Below, in pieces: positions 14,923 to 26,150 of a stretch of 64,000 nucleotides of DNA. Location of the stretch: NCBI GenBank assembly GCA_977030845.1, contig OZ365111.1, forward strand, positions 13,764,001 to 13,828,000, read 5' to 3'. The DNA is from Fimbriosthenelais zetlandica. Its lineage: Eukaryota. The first letter of the stretch is position 1. Every line of letters begins with the position of its first letter. A program made the position numbers and the translations under genes. The notes below the pieces were generated by a model. That model was not told where the DNA came from. It saw only the letters and a program-made list of their open reading frames with translations, and did no database searches.

Positions 14923-16324
14923 TATAATAGGGAGGCAGTAAAAGTGGGGATTACAAGGTGGAGGATAGGAGGCCTATCATATGTGTCATCAAACGATTCA
15001 AGAGCTTCAGTCAAACGTGGTGGAGTGCTTCAACACACACCAAACATCAAGGGGAAATGGAAATTCTACCTCCCATCTTCTCCCACCTAGTGATTAAAAC
15101 ATTTGAAAAGAATAATAAAATGATACCAGCTTAATAATGTTTTTGGGAGGAAAGGCATGATGTATAAGCAATGTGCAACAGCTGTTTCTGTAGTAGACAA
15201 TTCTATTGGGGAAATGAGGGCTATAGTAAAAGAAGATGATATATTAAATTAATAAAGCTCTATTAATGCTGTAGGTTTTTAAAACAGAAAGTGGTACAAA
15301 AAAGATAACTATAGATCATTGAAGGCCTAGACCACCTGCCTGTAATACACTTCAATTTGATTAACATGTATAAAGGGATTCTATATGCTGAAGGTATGAG
15401 AGCACCTTTATATTCTTTTAGTTTGAACATTGTATAACATTGTTCTTAATCATTCAGCTGGGTCCCTTTCAAAATATATTATTGTAATGTAATGTATTGT
15501 ATTACTATCTATTGTGAAATAGCAGGTGTAAATGCAGGTGAAATATTAAATAGAAAAGATGTCAAATCCCATCAATTCTTACAATTGGGAAGACGTAGGT
15601 GTTAAGCTTTTACTAAAGGCTATACAATAGAAAGTTATGATGCAAAACCTTTAGGCTTTTTCTTCTCCCTTCAAGGCATTAACACATAACCTAACATCAA
15701 AGGATATTCTTGGAGATGTTGCCTTTGTTTAGGGAATTAAGAAAAAACTGTGTTAATCCCTTATGTCAAGATTCAAAACATAACAGAGTGAAAGCTCTTT
15801 GATAAGATTTGGATTAAATTTTTGCTTGACCAACTCATAGGCAAGAATCTTCTCTATGACTTTGTACAGCATATAGACTTTTATTTAATCCCACTATTGA
15901 TTAGTTATTAATTTGAGAAAGAAGTCAATTTAAAAATCAAAGACTACTTCCTTTGAACATTACCGCCTCTGTAGGGCCTACTGCAGCTTTGGTACTATAT
16001 TAGCCTGTTGAATTTCCCAAGTCCCAAGTCAAGTCTGTTTGTGTTTACTGAAAACCACATGGTCGGGCATGGAGAGAAGGAGGGGGAGTGGGGAGAGGTG
16101 AACGGAGCTGGGCCACTTATAGACAGGGACCATGGGTTTGTGCCATGCCCATGGATATCATGGGTTGTGTATTGAACACAATACACAAGTGACTATGCCA
16201 CTACATGTACCTTGGTTGAGAAGGACCAAAGTTGGAAGTTCCAAACTAAGATCATGGACCTGTTATATTATTTATGAAGAACTGAAAGAAGTAGATATTT
16301 ACAAAACAAGTAAACATATCCTAC

Positions 16325-16519
16325 CTGAACTATGGTGCCCTCGGCACTACCAAGAGCCCCAGCATTGGTGAAGTGTCCACTAAGTTTGTACTCGTAAGTC
16401 ACCACATCTCCATTCTCAATTTGTTCGTAGAGGACAATTTCCAATAAAGCTCTCTCTTTAATAGCCACAGCCACCATGACGCAATGTGTTATAAAGAGAA
16501 GCTGTAGCACTCCTCTCAT
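16325..16519 (-). CDS. ZNRF3: ZNRF3/RNF43-family transmembrane PA-RING E3 ligase, first coding exon (rest of gene lies left of the window)
   Basis: MRGVLQLLFITHCVMVAVA (signal peptide-like) + IKERALLEIVLYEQIENGDVVTYEYKLSGHFTNAGALGSAEGTIVQ matches the vertebrate ZNRF3 ectodomain start as I recall it (KETAFVEVVLFE...GDYTTY...LTGRFSRAGATLSAEGEIVQ). It ends at a phase-0 donor CAG|GTAGGA at 16325/16324. No exon 2 (MHPLGLCN-like) found in 1-16324. Confidence 0.88.
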
Positions 16520-16619
16520 CTTGCAGGTACAAAAATCCTCCGCCTCCGCCACATATTTAGCGAGGTTGTCTATAATCCTAAGTTTTGTGAAGGTAGCGTA
16601 CTCCTAAGCATCACTGGGC

Positions 16620-17300
16620 TAACTAAAGTCTCTCTCGGCCCGCATGCTTCCACCGGGCCAGGTCTCAGTCACGTGGCCCAAGGGGTTTCCCGCTCTCCGC
16701 CAATCACAGGCCGGCGTCTCTCACTCCACGACTTCCACGGCGTCTGGTGGGGATTCCCTAAACTAAGGTTTCCCGCCACAAGAGTGGAGAGCGAAGACAC
16801 ACCTTTCCACGCGGACAGAGCAGTTTTCAAGAGATCAAACTACATTTTGATGCAGCCAAATATAATTAAATCCATATTTTCTTCTGTACAGAAATGGAAA
16901 AAGATTGGATTAGGCCTACATTTACTGATGGTGATTCAAATGCTAGAAAAAGAAATAGGGGCCTATAAGCCTACATAGCCATAGGGCCTAGGCCTATATT
17001 ATTTTACGTCCAGACCTTTGAAAATATAAATAGTTTACTTTTGATATCTACTTTCTTTTCACTGAAAGGCCAGGTTCCTGTTTTCAATAAAATTGTTTGG
17101 TAAACAAAATGTTCGTAGTCCTATTTTTGCCACTGCGTGGAAGGTATGTAAACACATGTCATTTTTCTAGGTCCCATTCCAGGGCCCAGAGCATGCAGGT
17201 CCCTCAGCAGGCCTCTTCCACTCGATTTTCTCCAGTTTGTCGCTTCGTTGAGAAAACCTTCTTTGATCTCCTCCGACCAGGTAAACATCAAAGTGTAACC
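16620..17300 (-). promoter_or_regulatory. Candidate ZNRF3 proximal promoter
   Basis: Locally GC/CpG-richer than its flanks; CACGTG near 16670, CCAAT near 16700, and two TCF-type motifs in opposite orientation (CTTTGATCT 17261-17269, ACATCAAAG 17285-17293). TSS not determinable from sequence. Confidence 0.4.
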
Positions 17301-18019
17301 GTCTTTGGCACGCGACTGGTCCGCCAGGTGATATCATACTACTGACGACGGTTTCTTCCCACTGTGGACTTACTTACTGAATAGGCTCCTCATGCTCCCT
17401 TTCTCTGCTGTGCACTAACCGTGAATTATTGTATTCTTTGCAGTAAAACACGTTCTTAATGGAAGTTAATGCATGAGGAACTACTTCATGGGTTAAGAGA
17501 TTTTTTTTTAAGTTTGAGTGTACAAGTCCTGTGATGGACTATTTGTCAATTATAGTTTCCTCTTGGGTGATCTTTATAATCATTGGACTGAGGATGCACT
17601 TTGGACAAATGAAAAAATGGTTCGTTGCAGTCGACTCACGCGAATAATACAATTAGTTGGTCAGATGGAGAGACATAATAATATTAACGGGCAGTGGAAC
17701 AATACAACCACCCATAATACGACAAATTAACATAGAACTACTGATATTGAAATTCACTTACAGTTTTTATACCTTTTTTGAAATTGTAAAAGAATGATTT
17801 GGATTTATATAATCGAATATTGTCTACATGATTTATCAACCTACAAGACGAATTCATAAAAATAAAACATTCTAAAATTATCGGACAGTCTTCTTTTCTA
17901 CCATTCAAACAAACTAAATTTATGCATAGAATAAAAAAAAAGATTTGACACGACTATTATAAATTTCGATAAAGGCTATACGATTACAAATACATTTTAC
18001 ATCCAGAGCTACATTTTGA

Positions 18020-19260
18020 TCTTTTCAAGGGCGTTGATAAATTTCCCAGAGCAGACACGTTGTAACCAAAGTTGAAAGATAGACGAGAACATCACCAGGC
18101 CTGTCGATATCATCCACTCCAGTTTGACCAGTTGCTTCCTAACTCAATTTGCATGCTTCGAGCCGTGGATTCAATGGTGGCCCTGATCACTGGTTGAAAT
18201 CCAATGCCCTCGGGTTAGTCCCAAGGGAAGACCCTGAGTCAGAGCTTCTCTACTGATGTCCCTCCACCCAAGAACCTCAGAGTGGAGTATTCAAAGCAAG
18301 CTGTTGTAATGATTTCTCATTACGAGCTCTCGCCAGTCCCTTCTCTGAAGGCACATGGCCATTCCAAGGCCCTGGTAATGAGGGGTGTGGAAGCCAGGAT
18401 GCGGAAGTGACGTAGAAATGTTCTGACGTGCATGCGCGATAAGGACCTGTTGATGGATGTATAAACTTGTATCCTTGAGAGGAAAGCGATGTAGTTGCAT
18501 TTTATGGGCCATCAAGAAGTTTACAGTAGTCCGTCAGGATAAAATATTGATTTTGATGATTCAGGCCAATGGTATTAAGGCACGAATTATTAACTAGTTA
18601 ATATAGGTTGTCTAAAAAAATCTTATTGTAATTAGGCCTACATTTGGGACTAAAGTTGAGGTCAATGAAATATTGGAAGATACTGTTAATATGTTATGTT
18701 TGAATTCTATTCCAGAGCTAGATTTACGTCATTTCCAGTAGGCCACAAACAATTTACATTACTTGGTGTCCATCATTTTTGCATTACTTTAGATTGACAA
18801 TACTCCACAATAAGTAATTATGATCTGTATGTTTATGCCATTGTAAATCTAACCCATTAAGCAAGGAAAAATTATGAGAAGCTAACATATCGCTAAACCA
18901 AGCGAGAGGACTTTTTAAGTGCTTCTAAAATATTTAGAGGTCTTGGTCTGATAGGGATTTCATGAATGTAGCTATCCTTTCTTCTGCCCATAAACAATGG
19001 CATAGCAGTCAGCAACATGATGGTAATTAAGGCTATTGAGGAAGGAAAGCTTGCAGAGGCAGGGCTCCTCATCCCCAGTGAAGTATTGTCAGGGATCAGG
19101 AGAGAGGGAGACGATCAATGATAGACCGTTAAGCACTGGAGTTGGCTGAACGTTTGTCTTCTGATAGACTTCATTCCTGGCCAATTGCGATGAACTGTTA
19201 CAGTAGATGTTCAGGAGCGGATCTGGGGGAGTAGGGGAAAGGGTGTCAGGGGATAAAGAA
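18020..19260 (-). mobile_element. Decayed DIRS-like reverse transcriptase fragment (relic B)
   Basis: RPLNILEALKK at 18909-18944 (cf. RPILDLSALNK), LKDTSLYIH within ORF 18291-18515 (cf. DLKDAYFHIPIH), and LGW-x4-EK with a 1-nt frameshift near 18245-18275 (cf. LGW.IN.EKS). An AT-rich insertion appears to lie at about 18530-18880. Confidence 0.4.
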
Positions 19261-20899
19261 CACCCCTTTCAGAGGTGAAATGTTTTTAGTTAGTCGCCCT
19301 AATAATAAACCCCTCACCCCGACCCCAACCGGGCTGACACCCAATTCCGATTTTTGGTGGTCAAATTTCTTATCAGTTTATGGGCCAAGGGCCAATTGCA
19401 ATAAGAGCAGATTTTCGTTTTCATATCTCTAGGCTTATAGGCCTGCAGGCATATAGGAGATCTGCTTGGATCCAGGCGAATGAGAGGAACGTTCTGGCTG
19501 AGACTTGGTAAATAAGCACTCGACCCTGGAGTCCTTATTGTGTGTCGAATAGCAAGTGACATTCTCCATCAGGCCCAGTACAGAGGTATATTTGCACGAA
19601 GGCAATTGGTTTTGACGAACACGGGATCTATCTTTATTCACGCTGGTTATGTAAGATCGAGAGTCATGTAATGCATTAATTACAAAATTAATGATTAACT
19701 AAATTTATGCAATTTGATCAGTCGTATTGAAGTGCATATCCTTGTGTTCTGTCTCAATGAGTCCTAGCTTATCATTAACTATATATATATGTATAAGACA
19801 AGTTAATGAATCTACATGTATATAGATAGGAACATCGCTGAGGGTTTCTTGTGCATGATGCATCTAAATGATGAAGATGACGTAAATTAGCTCTGAATCG
19901 AATGTCAAAGTGATTTATGAAATGTGTCAGATGATGTACTGGTACATTTTGCTATTATATATACAGACAGACCTATTTGTTATATGAATTTTAAACTAAG
20001 GAGCGATAGGAATGGAAAGCCTTCAATCAATTTGACGCAGCATCAACTATGGAGGCGCTTTTGTGCTGTTTATCAATAACTCACAATGGGATTACACTTT
20101 ATTTTCAGACCTCAGCATGCCCTTCTCCAGGTAAAGCCCTTCAAGATTTATTGGCTTTGTGTTTGCCAGGGGCTTCTGCGGCACAGAGCGTGGAGAACAA
20201 GAGCAGACCTTGGTCTATGATGCATGGGTCTAGCTGAAGGCTTGTCCGAGGGTCAAACAGCAGTGGCATTAAACTCTCACAATTCAGGAGAGTAAGGCTG
20301 AGGCTGAGCGCTCCAATAGACAGAGTGATATATTTCAGGGCCATAAATCACGTCTGTCCAAATCACTAGCTCTAACAGGCACTTTTGGAGGCTAATAGTA
20401 GCGTGATTTCCCAAAGAATGTATAATGAGGCAAATCTAACTTCCCTCATACATGTAGAGAACCTTGTCTGGTATCCATTTCTTCTATAGAGTGCTTTCCA
20501 CACGATCTTGACAATCTGACAGGCTTAAGTGTTTCAACCAATATAGAACTTTGCCCCACTAAAGTATAACTAATGGATAGTCAGAGAGAAATTATAGAGG
20601 TTTTAAGAGACTGGGAAGATGTCGTTTCTCCAGGGAGGCATCGCTTTCCTGAGAAATGTTCGATCAGAAAATGTCTGGTTTTTGCAGGCAATATCATAAC
20701 TCTGGGCTCAAAGGATATCCTCCATAAAACAAAGAGGGAGGATGGGAGACCAGGAACATTCTTCCGTGCTTCACTCCCGCCCTGATCCATATTACATAAA
20801 TGAAGGCGATACCAGGATTGCCCCCAAGGGGTCACTTTCCTGAATGTTCGAGCATCCTGCTATTCCTTCCACTTCATAGGTCTTCTGTCCAGGAGGGCA

Positions 20900-21800
20900 T
20901 TCGGGGCCTTATTGAGCGATAATACAGCATGATCTATAGTCGTCATGGTAACCATAACTATAGGTAACAGCCTCCCTAACAGCCAGCATCAGGTCGTAAA
21001 TATGTCGCCAAAGGCCGCGAAAAGGCCATACAATGTTTCTCATTCTGTCGTCAAGTTCGTGAGCACATTTGTCTTCATTTGCAGCCGACAGTGCCCTTCT
21101 GGACTCTACCACAAGACCAATTGGGACAGAGTGTTCGATGTACAAAGTGAACCTTTGCAGGCAAATTCATAACTATGTACACAGAATTGAATTTGAAATA
21201 TCATAAACATTTTAAGCCACGATACACGATATATAAATGGGAATAGTGCGTTCCCTGATGGTCAACATGAGTGAAGCCAGAGGATTAGGAATATTCCCTA
21301 TACTACTAACTGAAGCCCTGGCGTCGTCCAATGGCGCCAGAGCACCAGGACATTTTCCATATACTTCTGGTCACCAGACTATCCCAGGCCCTCCGGTGAG
21401 AGCCGACCTTCACCCTATAGCATAGAGAGAGGGTAGGCCTATTCATCTCTGTTACATAGAACGGACTTAGGTGAAAGCTAGTTAGGACGTTTGTCAACTT
21501 GGCTTGGCCAAGCTCTCTCTCCCTCTAGCCTGGCCTCGCCTGATGATCAGGATACACGCACAGCAAGGGACAGAATGGAATGGGACCAGGCTCCTATATG
21601 ACCCCCATCAAATCTATATGTTTGTGCTGATAGCTGAAAGTCTGTTTATTAGAGCTGATGTGTCAGGGGCAGGCCCCCAGGAATCTGCCAAGCCAATGTA
21701 TAGTCCATCTGAACACACGCAAAGGTTTTAAGCATGTGGTCCTTTATCTGTATACGTATCTCCAACTGAACACGACTGGGACTAATGGACCGACATACTG
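20900..21800 (-). mobile_element. Decayed DIRS1-like tyrosine recombinase (relic C)
   Basis: ORF 20909-21145 reads ...KCAHELDDRMRNIVWPFRGLWRHIYDLMLAVREAVTYSYGY, aligning by eye to the DIRS1 YR C-terminus RAHEVRA.ATSWA.F.G.S..DI..AA.W.S..TF..FY. Upstream, AWDSLV..IWKM and GRRQG (about 21320-21400) resemble WDL..V / TWKT / ASGRR. Confidence 0.55.
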
Positions 21801-24309
21801 CTTATCATTTTAACACCCCCTCAGTGACACTGGCACGAGGGTCATTGACATTGACAGCAGGAACTTTCTGATATCCATCGATCTCAAAAGAAACGTACCT
21901 CTGTTTTGCATTCTATCAGGAAATGGGAATATGACACCAGATTCACTTGGGCAATGCTATCGGTATAGAACTCATATACATGAATGAACCAATGGTTCTG
22001 TTGATCACATGTGATAGAATATTCATTGGACCCCAGGTCGCCCCGACATGTAACATTGCGTGTTGACTTGGGTTACAAAAGTAACATTTCATTCGTGAAT
22101 CTTCGAGCGCTTCCACTACTGTGCATGCTATCCTCCATACACAAAGGCCATCAAGTATTAAACAAAACCGTACAACTCGGGCGTCTGATGTATGCCCGTG
22201 GATGAGTTACCTGTCTTTAATTTAAAGAAGGATATGAACCTCTCAGCCGATTGGAGCTTAGATGATTCGTTATGTCTACGCCCACAGAAATGACTTGTTT
22301 TCTCCTCGCCGGCTTGACATGCACATGTATGTGTATAATTGAATGGGACTCGTTTGTCAAAAGATAGATACACTGTCCTTGCTTTCCGTTTGACCACAAT
22401 GAAACCTCGTTTTTTTTACGCAAAATCTACCTAATCCGCCAATCTTGTATAATTACAAGATTGGTTTCCGCATTCTACGTTCCCTCGTGTAATTATGAGA
22501 TTAGATTCCCCACTTTACGAGGTAATACATTATACGCCCCACTCATCTTACGATGTAGTTACGTAATACAAGATAGGACCATCGAGGAGTGACTTCCTCC
22601 TCCACATCCCTGCCCCACCACCAGTCGAGTGACCACAGACAAGCAAGCAAGTTCTCAAGCGAGGAGATAGGCTTCATGTATTCACCAAACCTTGAATACT
22701 GTGTAAAATTTGGATAATTTTAGGCACATGTTGGATCTAAGCATATGGCAAACATGTAAGTAACTACCTCAATTTAATAATATCAGATGTGTGTTTTCAC
22801 CGGTACATTCATAAGTTCTTTGATTAGAAGTTTAGATTTGTAAAAAAAGAATGTATACATGTGGAGGGAGTTCAGCTTAACTTGGAAGCTGTTATGGATG
22901 CATTTCACACCTATGGTTGTACAATGGTCTTGTCTTATATTAATATTATGTCACTTATTTTGTTATCTTATAAGGAATTCTCGGAGATGAAGAAACTCGA
23001 GAGGGATATAAACAGTGCGAGGACAAAGTGGAGAATTCAGATGAAAGTAGGTATAATGTATTTATTTTAAGGGTCAGGCAGCAAGTGTCTGGCTATCGGG
23101 AGGGCGTGTGTACTCATTTCCCTAAGCTTTTATCCCGTATAGTATTAGAGGGCTTTTAAGCTTGTATTAAGATTTGGCAAGTTTTGTTAATATAAAGTTA
23201 CCATCTCTAAAAAATATAAAGTAACAGATAACCGTTTACTAATAAATTAACTTTCCGTATTGATTTTCTTTTTCAGATCTTCTGCCTCAACATTTATTCA
23301 TGTGCAGTTGCCTTCTCTTCGCCTCTGTGACAAACCATCTATCTACATCTATCTATTTTCTATATTTAAGTTCATTAGATCTGTTCCATATAGATTGGAG
23401 AAAGTTTTACTTAATGGATGCGTGATGTTACTTACTTATAATTATAACCATAATTATTTACCTTTATTGGTCCGGTTTAATTTAACTTGGACAAAGGTTT
23501 ACTTGATATATCTCTGTCAAATTACTGGTCATTTTTAAAAGTAACTCCTGAGTGAGCACATATGTATACATGTAGTTATAACAATTGTAACAAGCCATTG
23601 AACCATTGTCTACTAAGCTTACATAATCTCAGTACAATAGCTTTGTTCAAGTTCACACATGGCCGACCTGGACTGGGGGACTGTGAACAGGGGGAGGGAT
23701 GGGGGTAGGTCAGACAGGATGGCGCGGACTTTCCTCCCCTCTCAGACTCGGTGTTTGAACTCGGATTAAATATTGGGTAGCTTATCGAGAGAATGAATGT
23801 ATAATTATGGATTCATTTGTCAGATTTGTAAGGTCGACTTCAGAGGAATTTAAACTTATTGTTACCCAATGGTTTTTCCTTTTAAATGACATTTCAATAC
23901 AAAGAGTTAACACCAAATTAAAACTCAACCATGTGGTTTGCATTTTGTTACTGGTGTCTCAGATATGCTGTTTGCAATATATGTATAGGCCTATCGGGTA
24001 GTTTAGCATGTGAAAGAGCAATTGAAATTATATTCATCCAATTGTTTTGTGCAGAGGACAGCTTCAATAAATAAAATTGACTAAATACATTTTGTTGACT
24101 TTCTCATACCCTTCCATATTCTCATCCTGAAATATTGTACATTATATAATAAACAAAATCTATTTGAAAGAGAAGGGGGATCAAATCAAAACACCCATAA
24201 TTATCAATGAATTAATATTCCATATTACTGCCTATATATACCATAGAAGCGCAGGAGCTAATAGTATTTATAGCGGCCGCCTGAGCGCTAGTAGTGCGTC
24301 CTTAATCCC

Positions 24310-24456
24310 CTAACTTACGAAGTCACTAACTTACGAAGTCCCACCTTACGATGCGCGGCGTCTTACGAAGCGCGGCCCCTTACGATGCGCGGCGTCTTAC
24401 GAAGCGCGGCCCCTTACGATGCGCGGCGTCTTACGAAGCGCGGCCCCTTACGAAGC
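24310..24456. repeat. CpG-rich minisatellite: 17-bp subunit / 34-bp dimer (CCTTACGATGCGCGGCGTCTTACGAAGCGCGGCC) x3
   Basis: Nine copies of CTTACGA(A/T)G; TTACG starts at 24315, 24331, 24346, 24363, 24380, 24397, 24414, 24431, 24448. Confidence 0.95.
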
Positions 24457-24799
24457 CTCTATTCATACGGAATATGCCATTTTACAAGGATTTAAATATA
24501 CGAGCGATGAAGGAAGAATTACCGAGGTTTCTTCGTTTAAATACACGATCCTTATGGACAGTGTATTATACAGTGTCTGTTAGGCTTCACTAGGATATTA
24601 CCTGTCACTGTGTTCATTCTTTGGCTTCTTTTAATTTGCAGCCATTTCCAGTTTGACACTTTGGCACTTACATAACATTTTTTTCTCTCTAATTTCTGTT
24701 AATCTAGTTTATACAATTTGAAGCCGCGCAATGCCATCAAAAATATTTCCCCCCGGAAATCTTGGTCACATACGGCCATGACTTCCAAGCCTAATGATG

Positions 24800-26150
24800 A
24801 CTAAAGAAAAAAAACCTTAGCGCTAGCCCAGACAGACCAATAACATGTTGATGTCAAATAACTATCGAGTATTTGATATGTGCCAGCTGTTGGAACTCTC
24901 CCAAGTGTCATCCTTCTCACAGTATCTCATCTTGTATTGCATGTCAAGGAACCATAAACTGGCCAGTAGTGACCAAGTCAACAGGAGTCTTTCCTCTTCT
25001 TAGCACAACCTCCATCCTGGCAATCTTTGGCCCTTCACTCGCCTTTCCCTCCAGTCATGCCCTTGCTGTAGAGGTCATTTCATCAGCAGTCAAGCACGAC
25101 CCAGGCTGGATTGTCGCGTAAATATTTAAACAGGTCTTCCTGGCCACTATCTATCAGTATGCAGGTCATCGTTTCATTAATTAGGATAAATGACCGTCAG
25201 GGCATCCGTCCAGGGCTAATATGGAAACTAAATGGCAGATCATTGAGTTATATCTTTGATCTCGTGCCCGAATAAACTACTTAGCTTCCGGTGCCAGAGA
25301 CCATCAGATCATATTGGATAAAAGGAAGGATTCCATCGATGGTTGCTGGAACGGCCATTTTGTAGCCCTGCCTTGTATAGTGGTGGGCTCTATCTATAGA
25401 AGGCTTTTAAAGTCTGTAGTCTAGGTATAGGACCAAGAAACCACCTGCAGAATACCCTTGGGGAATATGTTCCCACAACATGGCGAGAGATACAAATCGA
25501 TCTAATACATACTGATACAGATGTGAAATTTCATTCTCATACACTTCTCAGGTACTTTCCCAGAATATTTTGACAAAAAGCTGATTGAAGTTTTAAATGC
25601 ACACACTCTATGGACTCCGACATCCTCATGAATATATAACAGGAAGTAAAGTGCCTCAAGAAATATGAATTTATATGCTCAGTCAGTTACATGCTAAGAG
25701 AGCATCAATTACTTGGTATTTTATGAAGTATTTATGTGTTGAAAGTCTGGAGAGAAAAGATCATACATCACTCTATAAAGCGGAGCTTGCCTTATGCTAT
25801 ACAATGTATATATATGCTCGCCTGCAGTGATCACAATTCTAGACATGCTCTTGGGGCCAGACTCCAGGGGCGCATTATCCGCTCTCTGACTCCCAATCTA
25901 CCAAGCTTTCTCACTCCTCGCCCCACCATTCACCTTGTCTTCGCCAACCTTCAAAAGCAGTGGGCTTAGCCGGCAGTTTCCCTGGTTAATTCTCCTGCTT
26001 TCACACAACAAGGGTCCAGGGACACCAGTGGTGTCTGACCAACATAGTGTTATTGATTCTAAGCACCATGGAGATTAGTCTTCCTCGCCCACCACCGTTG
26101 ATCCCCGGGTGTCAATTTGTGTCCAGTAATTGGCCCTTCCCGTGCTGGGG
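24800..26150 (-). mobile_element. Decayed DIRS-like RT/RNase H (relic D; possibly the same element as relic C)
   Basis: VG(G)RL...PWTLVV near 26000-26100; GFLV near 25430; then RNase H-like IARMEVVLR-RGKTPVDLVTT (24965-25025) and AHI...GLS (24830-24886) (cf. IN.LE.EAVL..., K.V.V.TDNTT, A.HIPG..N..AD.LSR). Many stops and frameshifts. Confidence 0.4.

Noticed and set aside
24310-24456. CRISPR-like array (also considered for 61614-61877 and 31232-31339)
   Set aside because: No unique spacers, no cas genes, and a eukaryotic intron-containing context.
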